Below, in pieces: positions 38,417-45,696 of a stretch of 64,000 nt of DNA (position 1 is the stretch's first letter; each line of letters opens with the position of its first letter). The DNA lies in the IMG/VR virus record IMGVR_UViG_3300020196_000017. One strand, given 5' to 3'. The notes beneath the pieces were generated by a model. The model worked only from the letters and a program-made list of their open reading frames with translations, was not told the origin of the DNA and searched no databases. Origin of the DNA: an uncultured virus (IMG/VR IMGVR_UViG_3300020196_000017). Taxonomy: Duplodnaviria > Heunggongvirae > Uroviricota > Caudoviricetes. Both the position numbers and the translations under genes were made by a program.

Positions 38417-39523
38417 TTATTTTAAACCCCGTTCAAACATGCCTTTCGTGCGAGCAGCTTCTTGCATGTTCATAAAACCACTTAAAAACTTAAGAGGATT
38501 GGCATAGGCTTCCATGGAGTTGGGTTGGAAGTCACTAAATTTTTCAGAAATACCAACTTGACTCGGAGCTTGAAAATTAATTCCGGTCAAAGGAGTTTCG
38601 AGCTGATAAGGATTAACACCTTGAGCACTTAATGCTTGAAGTCCGGTATTAAATTTGTCTGTAAACTCCATATTGCCAGCAGCTTTTTGCAATCCCGCAA
38701 AAGGAGTTTGTGCAGTGAATGCACTTACCGCTTCTTCGTAACCAATCTGACCAGGTTTTAATTTCTGTGCAAGTTGAGGATTGGTTGTCGCCCAGATTTG
38801 CAAACCAATCTTTTCTTTTTCTTCTGGACTACCAGCGGCATTATACGCTTTGGTTAAGTCTGCGACTTGGTATTTTTTAGCCAGAGGATCTTGAGCTGCC
38901 ATTTGAGCAACCCTTTGCTTTTCGGCTTCGTATGTACGGTCAGAAGGAGCGGCAGTCATGTTATTTAAAATAGAAGGTGGAGGAAGGTCTGGGGCAGGAG
39001 GGGGTGTTGAATCAACAGGCAAAGTCCAACGTTTTTGTTGCAATCCTGGAACGTCACGACCGGTAACATCTCCCCTGGAAGAAGCACCGGTAGCAGCTGC
39101 TGCAGATGTATTTGGAATAAAAGGTGCTGCTAAAAAACCAAGTGGTGATGCGAACTCCAATACTCCACCAAGACCTTTTTTCTCTTGTTCGCGAGCAAAG
39201 TTCATTAAAGGACGTTCAATTGGATCAGGTACAATTGAACTTACAAAACGATCAAGAGCGTTTCCTGGAGCTGCCGGAGACTGTTGATTAAGTGCTTGCC
39301 TGACTGCCTCGGTCGACCCAACAGCCGTTAATGCTCCGGCTGCTTGCATGGGCCTGGTTCTAGCAATAATATTCAATCTTGCCGGAAGACTTCCTGCAAC
39401 AACTGCTTTTCTTACTTGAGGGCCAGCGGCGCGGGAAGCTCGAATTAAATCACGAGTTATGAAATCATCGACCACTCCGACTGCACGGCGCCCTTGATTA
39501 AACAAAAAAGAAAGTGGGTTCAT
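38417..39523 (-). CDS. hypothetical protein, probably an internal virion protein
   Basis: 368-aa Ala/Gln/Pro-rich ORF. Confidence 0.65.
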   Translation of the reverse strand: MNPLSFLFNQGRRAVGVVDDFITRDLIRASRAAGPQVRKAVVAGSLPARLNIIARTRPMQAAGALTAVGSTEAVRQALNQQSPAAPGNALDRFVSSIVPDPIERPLMNFAREQEKKGLGGVLEFASPLGFLAAPFIPNTSAAAATGASSRGDVTGRDVPGLQQKRWTLPVDSTPPPAPDLPPPSILNNMTAAPSDRTYEAEKQRVAQMAAQDPLAKKYQVADLTKAYNAAGSPEEKEKIGLQIWATTNPQLAQKLKPGQIGYEEAVSAFTAQTPFAGLQKAAGNMEFTDKFNTGLQALSAQGVNPYQLETPLTGINFQAPSQVGISEKFSDFQPNSMEAYANPLKFLSGFMNMQEAARTKGMFERGLK

Positions 39524-39984
39524 TACCGCCAGCTCACTTGAAGATAAAGACGAGAACCCACTGCAGTGTCAGCAGGACCAGGTAAAGATTGAATAAATTC
39601 CGCACCTGAGCGCTCATAACGATAACGAGCCTGGAAAGGATCTTTGTAGTTAGGAACGTAAAGAATATTGGCAAGACGATTTGTTTCGTAAAGATAAATT
39701 TCGTCCCATACTTTTAACGCTTCTTTGGCATTGCTGGAGCGGATCGTACGATCTACGTCACCTGCAATACTTTCAAGACGCGTAGAAGGAGAAGTCGCAA
39801 CTTCTGTTTTCTTTTCAGCAGTATCACAACGACCGATTTGAATAGTAATCTTGTCGTAAAAGTATGAATCCGGAATGGTATTCATACTTTCTTCAAGACG
39901 AGCATAGTCACCTGCGGGCACTGAAACAGTGAAATACCCCAGGTGATACCTGACTCTACTTTTGTCAAAGTCAGATAACTGCAC
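39523..39984 (-). CDS. conserved structural protein (possible head-completion/adaptor)
   Basis: DKSRVRYHLGY N-terminus; position downstream of the capsid genes. Confidence 0.6.
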   Translation of the reverse strand: MQLSDFDKSRVRYHLGYFTVSVPAGDYARLEESMNTIPDSYFYDKITIQIGRCDTAEKKTEVATSPSTRLESIAGDVDRTIRSSNAKEALKVWDEIYLYETNRLANILYVPNYKDPFQARYRYERSGAEFIQSLPGPADTAVGSRLYLQVSWR

Positions 39985-40024
39985 TTTGTTCTCTCGGTAT
40001 GTTTTTAATTATAAAACTAAGTAA

Positions 40025-40738
40025 TCAGGCAAATTGATTCATAACACTTGGATCTAAAACCATGCCTTCATACGGATTGCTTGCCATTAATTGATCAAAA
40101 ACAGAAAGCCGACGTTGAGTAGCTTGTTGCAAGGCCCGTGACAATAAAGAATCTCTCAAAGAACGTTCTGCATCTTGTTTGAATAAATCTTTGAGTAATG
40201 TAGCAATGGCACCTTCATTGTCACGTTCGCCAGTACCTTCTGGTGCAGGTAGTGCAGGAGCTGCTGGAACTTCCATGGAACCAACTGCTTGTTCTTTTGG
40301 TAATTGAGAAAGATGTAACGTATCAAGACGGTACCGACCACTTGGATCTAACAAGCTGCTCATGTTGCCTGCTGCCCCAGCATTGGCCATGGGTGTGACT
40401 TTACCACCTCCCTTAAACGCAAGTTGGGTGCCAGCAGGAAGTCCATAATCTTCGCCCTCATGCATTCTTTGGCCTCCAAGGACTGGATGCTCGCGCATGC
40501 CATGGGGGCTAGTCATTGGAGCATTTTTATTTAATACGAACTGACCACCGGACTGTCCGTATAACTGCTGCCAATTTTTTTGACCTGGTAATTGAAAATA
40601 AATATTTTGCCCAAGATCACTCCTTGCCCATGACAAAGGAATTCTTTTTTTCTGCTGAGTGTCATAAACACGAAAATCAACATGGGCGCCAGTAGATCTG
40701 CCAGTACTACCAACTACACCAATGGGAATCCAGGCCAT
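40025..40738 (-). CDS. M23-family peptidase-like protein, circularly permuted
   Basis: IGVVGSTGRSTGAHVDF precedes HPVLGGQRMHEGEDYG...GN...LHLS. Confidence 0.65.
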   Translation of the reverse strand: MAWIPIGVVGSTGRSTGAHVDFRVYDTQQKKRIPLSWARSDLGQNIYFQLPGQKNWQQLYGQSGGQFVLNKNAPMTSPHGMREHPVLGGQRMHEGEDYGLPAGTQLAFKGGGKVTPMANAGAAGNMSSLLDPSGRYRLDTLHLSQLPKEQAVGSMEVPAAPALPAPEGTGERDNEGAIATLLKDLFKQDAERSLRDSLLSRALQQATQRRLSVFDQLMASNPYEGMVLDPSVMNQFA

Positions 40739-40763
40739 GTCTTTTTCTTTTTATTTTAAAACT

Positions 40764-40790
40764 AAAAAACCCCCGGTTTCCCAGGGGCTT
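40764..40790 (-). terminator. probable intrinsic terminator of the capsid operon
   Basis: On (-): GCCCCTGG-GAAA-CCGGGGG followed by TTTTTT. Confidence 0.65.
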
Positions 40791-40806
40791 TAGCAGAGAG
40801 ATGAAA

Positions 40807-41232
40807 TCAGACTCGAATTAGATTGTCTGCAAGAATTGCATCCCAATCAACTCGTTTAATCTGTTTTAACTGCTCAAGATTATTAAAACGTTCACCCGAT
40901 AAGGACATCTGAAGGTCTTTAATGTCTCGAGCAGTTTTGAGGCCAATACCTTTGATATGATCAGCAATCATTTGAGCAGTGGCACTGTTGATATTCAAAC
41001 GAGTATCAGGAGGAAAAGAACGAGGTTCTTCTTTCGAAGCCTTGTCCTTTACCTGTAGCGCCTTTACTTTTTTGGTTGCTTCTTCATCAGGAACAAGCTC
41101 GGTTTTGTAGGCGGTGTAGACACGCTCGTCCTGGTCTTGAACCATGAACCATTCGCCGTCATCCCACTCGCCTACAATTTTTACCCGAGCACCTGTCTTT
41201 TTGTGTTGATAAAGAAGCGCTTGATTGGACAT
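40807..41232 (-). CDS. helix-hairpin-helix (ComEA-like) domain protein
   Basis: RLNINSATAQMIADHIKGIGLKTARDI...FNNLEQLKQI. Confidence 0.75.
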   Translation of the reverse strand: MSNQALLYQHKKTGARVKIVGEWDDGEWFMVQDQDERVYTAYKTELVPDEEATKKVKALQVKDKASKEEPRSFPPDTRLNINSATAQMIADHIKGIGLKTARDIKDLQMSLSGERFNNLEQLKQIKRVDWDAILADNLIRV

Positions 41233-41267
41233 AGGACCAGGTTTTATCTGGTCCTAGTTTAACTCAA

Positions 41268-42074
41268 TCAGCTGACAGTGCGACCAAGAAGGTAACCGTC
41301 GATGTCTTCGTAACCAGGAGCCACATCAGGCTGGATGTAGCACACTTCCGTAACCAGGTAACCGGTACGGCCAGCAGCTGAATCAGCGTTAGAGATGTAC
41401 ACACCACCGGAGACGGAGGTAGCAGTAGTCGACTCGCGAGCAAACACCTTGAAGGTGGTGGCGGAATCAACTTTCTTATAGATGCCGGAAGCATCCACAC
41501 CAGCAGCGCCGGTAGCAGTCAGGAACGGGGTCGAACCATAAGCAGCCGAACCACCAGCGAAGTAAATCTTGGTGGCAGCATCACCAGAGGTGGTGGAAGT
41601 CAGGTTGGCCTGAGCAATGGGTTCGCCAGCGCCGGTTTCGGCAACAGGGCCACTGGAATCACGGCAGAAGGTGATGACGTTACCGGTGGAAGCATACACA
41701 CCCGAAGCGGCACGGCCATCGCCCCAGCCCGAAGCAACGCTCAGGGTGGCACGATAAACGAACGCAGGGAGGGCAGAGCTACCAGAGATCACCATGCCGG
41801 TGATGTCGGGGCGGGTGTCGTCCTGGCGGTAAGGCGAAGGAACGATCACGTTCATGGTTTGACCCTTGGCGGCAGCATCGCCAGAAGCCCAGGTCACAGG
41901 AACGTAACCACGCTGCTGAAAATAGCGATAACCAGGGACAGCAAGGACGGAAGTAGGGCCGCCCTTGGAACCATCATTGCTACCGCTGTCGTCGGTATCA
42001 ATGTTTTTATACCAGCCATTCAGGGGTTCAGCCCAGTTGCCGGGATAAATTTTCTTAGCAGACAAATAAGTCAT
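41268..42074 (-). CDS. putative minor capsid / decoration protein
   Basis: Directly downstream of the MCP gene with the same biased codon usage. Confidence 0.65.
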   Translation of the reverse strand: MTYLSAKKIYPGNWAEPLNGWYKNIDTDDSGSNDGSKGGPTSVLAVPGYRYFQQRGYVPVTWASGDAAAKGQTMNVIVPSPYRQDDTRPDITGMVISGSSALPAFVYRATLSVASGWGDGRAASGVYASTGNVITFCRDSSGPVAETGAGEPIAQANLTSTTSGDAATKIYFAGGSAAYGSTPFLTATGAAGVDASGIYKKVDSATTFKVFARESTTATSVSGGVYISNADSAAGRTGYLVTEVCYIQPDVAPGYEDIDGYLLGRTVS

Positions 42075-42106
42075 TTATTTTTCCTTTGTTGTGTTTATGT
42101 TATTTA

Positions 42107-43258
42107 TCAGACGCTACCGTCATCAGACACAAAGCTGTAGGCGGTGGTCACGAAGTCCTTGTTCAGGATCTCGAAGCCAGCGTACAGTTGCCAGATGAGG
42201 ATGATGAAACGGCTGAAGTCGTCGTTGTTGTTGATCAGCACCTGAGCGTTCGGACCGCCGATACCAACGCCAATGGCTTGAGGACCGAAGAAGAAACCTT
42301 GGGCAACTTCTTGGTTGGCATAAGGGGCAGCGCCGGTGAAAGAAGCCGAAACGTTCTTGGTCGGGAAGTTGGTCGACTCGAAGAACTTAACGCCTTCAAA
42401 CTGAACACCAGTCGGCATGACGGGTTCACCAGCCAGGAAATAAGCCTGACCAGCTTGGGGACCCATGTAGAAGCTGGCGTTGTTAGGCATCATGGGGTTG
42501 CCCATGTACATGCCTTGGCCAGGATTGCCAGCGTAACGAGCAATTTCACGGAAGTCGGGATCACGACGCAGGTGCATCATGAAGGTGGGATCGCAGATGC
42601 AACGATACAGACCATCAGCGAAGGTAGGAACGTTACGCTTGCGCAGATCCTTGACAACAGTCAGAAGGTCGGTACGCACCGAGAACTGCTGCACATCAGC
42701 GGTGTACTCAGCGGAGCTGTAAGTAACTTGGCTGGAAGAGTTCTTGGCTTTGTTACCAGGGAAGTAGTAACCACCTTGGGTGCTGGAAGCTTGACCATTG
42801 GCATCAGCTTTGGCCAGTTCGTCAATGAAGACGCGGTCACGCCAACGGCGATAGTCATCAAGCAGCGTCAGGCTACCGATCGACTGGTGGAACATATTCA
42901 GGTTGCCGGTGTCCAGCAGCAGACGCTGGGCGGTAACCAGGGTTTCACGAGCAATCTTGAAGGTGCTGGGCTGGGTCGGATCGCCCGGATCAGCAGGGCC
43001 GGTGTACTCTTTCAGCACAACAAGCACCTTCTCTTTGGTGATGTTGCGGCTGTTAGCGGTACCGATGGTTTGGTCAGCCACGCGCTCACGGCTGTCCTTG
43101 GTACCAGGAGTACCCCAGAACTTATAGCGGTCGAGCTGAACGGTTTGACCAGGCTGACGAGTGAAGTCGTGAACAACCACGGGCTCCACAGCCATCTCGG
43201 CAATATATGCAGGGTGCGGACGATAGAGTTCCGCGCCTAAAATCTTTGGAAAATCGTT
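42107..43258 (-). CDS. major capsid protein, exon 2 (spliced CDS joins 44091-44080 to 43258-42107; 387 aa)
   Basis: Frame extends 21 codons upstream of the listed ATG (NDFPKILGAELYRPHPAYIAE-MAVEP...); capsid-like PGQTVQL, CICDP and DDFSR; follows portal and scaffold. Confidence 0.85.
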   Translation of the reverse strand, partial: NDFPKILGAELYRPHPAYIAEMAVEPVVVHDFTRQPGQTVQLDRYKFWGTPGTKDSRERVADQTIGTANSRNITKEKVLVVLKEYTGPADPGDPTQPSTFKIARETLVTAQRLLLDTGNLNMFHQSIGSLTLLDDYRRWRDRVFIDELAKADANGQASSTQGGYYFPGNKAKNSSSQVTYSSAEYTADVQQFSVRTDLLTVVKDLRKRNVPTFADGLYRCICDPTFMMHLRRDPDFREIARYAGNPGQGMYMGNPMMPNNASFYMGPQAGQAYFLAGEPVMPTGVQFEGVKFFESTNFPTKNVSASFTGAAPYANQEVAQGFFFGPQAIGVGIGGPNAQVLINNNDDFSRFIILIWQLYAGFEILNKDFVTTAYSFVSDDGSV

Positions 43259-44079
43259 CTCCTGGTCCCTAATTTCTTAGAGGGGTGGACTATCTCTTCA
43301 TCCCTGTGGGATGCCGGACGCTAAATCTGGTATTACGTAACAAGATCGTGTTACCCCCAGTAGTCTCTGCACCTTCCAATCACGGGCTTGATTGGCTTGG
43401 CTCAGGATTACCCTCGTCTTTACGTTAGGGCTTCCCTGAATTCATCCGGTTTGCACTCATCAATTACTCGATGAGGTGACAACGTTGAGCGTTCAGTTGA
43501 GGTATGATTTGGAAACCTGTTCATAAACAACATGGATCCAAAATTAGTTCCTGGATTTGGTAACCTTTACTTAACAGAAAGAGGAGAAGCTTTTGAAAAA
43601 CAACTTGATGAAAACAACCAAGAATATTTTCAAAAAATTGCAATTAGCTCAACCAGTACTTATGACCGTATTTCTGTTCTTGTAAATGGAAGAAGAAAGA
43701 GGTTTCATCTTCACGTCTTGATGGCTATTGCTTTTTTAGGGTTAGATCTTCGTTCACATGGAACAAATAATTTTTCCCTTCAAGTAGATCACAAGGACAA
43801 CAACAAAAGAAATAACTGCGTCGATAACCTTGAAATCGTAACCAAACAAGAAAATCTTACAAGAGCTTGGGAAACCGGTTGTTACAAGAACAATGGTTTT
43901 GCTAGTAAAGGCAGACCGAAAAAAACTTTAAGAAAATTTTCTTCGGAAGACGTGAAGCAAATTAAAACTTTAAAAGAAGCAGGACTTTCTTATCGAAAGA
44001 TTGCGGAAAAGTTTAACTGCAATCACGGTGCTATTTACCAAATCCTAAAAGGAAATACCTACCAGGATCTGAACTAGCT
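43259..44079 (-). mobile_element. group I self-splicing intron (821 nt) carrying a homing endonuclease
   Basis: P AAUUCAGGGAAGCC, Q AAUCCUGAGCCAAG, R GUGCAGAGACUAC, S GAAGAGAUAGUCC; P3 and P7 pair; 5' exon ends in U, intron ends in G; IGS CGUUGUCA. Confidence 0.9.
43532..44077 (+). CDS. HNH homing endonuclease with C-terminal HTH, intron-encoded, antisense to the host gene
   Basis: HVLMAIAF...VDHKDNNKRNNCVDNLEIVTKQEN; LSYRKIAEKFNCNHGAIYQI. Confidence 0.88.
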   Translation: MDPKLVPGFGNLYLTERGEAFEKQLDENNQEYFQKIAISSTSTYDRISVLVNGRRKRFHLHVLMAIAFLGLDLRSHGTNNFSLQVDHKDNNKRNNCVDNLEIVTKQENLTRAWETGCYKNNGFASKGRPKKTLRKFSSEDVKQIKTLKEAGLSYRKIAEKFNCNHGAIYQILKGNTYQDLN

Positions 44080-44091
44080 ATCAATAAACAC
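44080..44091 (-). CDS. major capsid protein, exon 1 (GTG TTT ATT GAT = MFID)
   Basis: GGAGG SD at 44102-44106, 10 nt upstream; unspliced frame stops two codons later (AGC TAG). Confidence 0.8.
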
Positions 44092-44186
44092 CTTGGTTTA
44101 TCCTCCAGTGTTAATTTTGTTATCGGGTGAGAAGACTTGGCTTTTGCCTCATCTACTACAAATTGTAGCAGTCAGTAATTTATTTA

Positions 44187-44726
44187 TTACGTGTACTGCA
44201 TGGTAGGTGCTTTATAACGAGCACCCATCGAATTACTGGAGCCATAAGACTCCGGATCAACTACAGCTTGCTGGAATCCAGGGAGACCCATGGCACCAGG
44301 AATAGCGCCAAGGGCTACACCGCCAAGACCGGCAGCAGCAGCAGAAGCAGGAACTAAACCAAGAGCCACGTTCCTACCTAGCACACGCGTAGTTGCCGCA
44401 GTTGCTTCAGGAATAGAACCTGCGCCACCTGCTACATCAGCTAGCTCCAACAGAGCTTTCTGACGTAAACCGCCTTCACGCATCTTTGTTGCTTGTTCAA
44501 AAAGGAAGTCCTGTTGTTCTTGGCCCAAATTTTGGATACCTTTTACCATTTGAGGAGCGTACTTCCCGGCTAGAGCACGTGCCCCAAGTAAACCAGCTGC
44601 ACCACCAAGACCACCGGCCGCAGCAGCAAGTGCCGCAGAACCGGGATCCTCTCCTTGAGAAAGGGCGTACCCACCCGTGGCTAAGCCAGCAGCAATAGGT
44701 ACGCCATAAGCTAAGCGCTTACGCAT
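44187..44726 (-). CDS. Gly/Ala-rich hydrophobic protein
   Basis: 179 aa with several AG-rich hydrophobic stretches. Confidence 0.65.
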   Translation of the reverse strand: MRKRLAYGVPIAAGLATGGYALSQGEDPGSAALAAAAGGLGGAAGLLGARALAGKYAPQMVKGIQNLGQEQQDFLFEQATKMREGGLRQKALLELADVAGGAGSIPEATAATTRVLGRNVALGLVPASAAAAGLGGVALGAIPGAMGLPGFQQAVVDPESYGSSNSMGARYKAPTMQYT

Positions 44727-44730
44727 CGCC

Positions 44731-45696
44731 TTACTCCATCACAAACAGTTTGTTTGCCAGCGTTTGAGGCTGAGCTTGGTTCATGAGCCGCCAGGCGTTC
44801 TGGGGATCACGAGCCATTTGCTCGCTGAAATTAGCCCAGAAGTTTTCAGGTTGCTGAGGAGCATCAGCAGCCGGAGGGGCAGGGAACTGATTCATGGCAG
44901 TAGGTTGCACAGCTTCGGTGCGATAACCAGGACGCTCAAGTTCCACTTCGTTTTCGTACACGGGGTACGGACCTTCAGGACCAAAGAACTTCAGGGTGTA
45001 ATCACTGAGAACGTCAGGATTAGTCAGGATTTCGTTGTACGCCAGGTTCTCTTGATGCTCATTAACAGCAAACTGGGCGTAACCCTGAATGGTATCAGCG
45101 GCGCGGTTTCCCCACGCGACGGCGCTGTCCAGCATTGCCTCCAGATTCAGGGCGTAGTTGTTCAGAAGGGCGGGTGCCTCGATTCCGAACGCGTCCATTA
45201 CTTGGCGGCTGTCCTGGCTCATTCCCAACTGGTCCGCGAGCGCCACCAAGGAGGGAGCTGACGAGGTTTGGGAAGAGTTGGGCGATAAGGCCGGGTTGGC
45301 TTGCCAGGTCTGCGGAGCCGATTGTTGCGTAACTTGGGCGCTGGCTTGTTGGCCGTAGTTCGCCGGGGAATACTGAGTCGTCGGCTGCGAGGGTTGACCC
45401 TGGAACGGGGATTGGACTGGTGCGCTCAGCAGATTCACCACCTTGTTGAACGCCGATTCCCACGGATTCGAGATAGTTTCCGAGGTCGTCGGGGATTGGG
45501 GGGCGTACTGAGTAGGGGCTGATTGGTAATTGGGGGCCGCCTGCGGCACCGCTTGGGGGTAACTGGTACCCACCTGATACGGCACCGGAGCCGGGGAGGC
45601 TGCCTGTTGCGGAGCTGCCACCACGTAGCTGCTCGGAGCGACGGCTGCGGGTGCTGGGCTCGTCTGTGGGATCGATTGGACGGTAGCGTCCTGCAT
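44731..45696 (-). CDS. putative capsid scaffolding protein
   Basis: Gln/Pro/Ala-rich, lies between portal and MCP; AAGGAG SD upstream of the ATG. Confidence 0.6.
   Translation of the reverse strand: MQDATVQSIPQTSPAPAAVAPSSYVVAAPQQAASPAPVPYQVGTSYPQAVPQAAPNYQSAPTQYAPQSPTTSETISNPWESAFNKVVNLLSAPVQSPFQGQPSQPTTQYSPANYGQQASAQVTQQSAPQTWQANPALSPNSSQTSSAPSLVALADQLGMSQDSRQVMDAFGIEAPALLNNYALNLEAMLDSAVAWGNRAADTIQGYAQFAVNEHQENLAYNEILTNPDVLSDYTLKFFGPEGPYPVYENEVELERPGYRTEAVQPTAMNQFPAPPAADAPQQPENFWANFSEQMARDPQNAWRLMNQAQPQTLANKLFVME

Noticed and set aside
40807..41232. PsbU photosystem gene
   Set aside because: The HhH pattern fits ComEA-like domains better, and there is no thylakoid signal peptide
42107..43195. 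MCP starting at ATG 43195 as in the ORF track
   Set aside because: The frame continues 21 codons upstream to the intron's terminal G, and the strong SD sits at exon 1
42086..43240. 384-aa ORF on +
   Set aside because: Antisense shadow of the codon-biased MCP gene with no recognisable motifs
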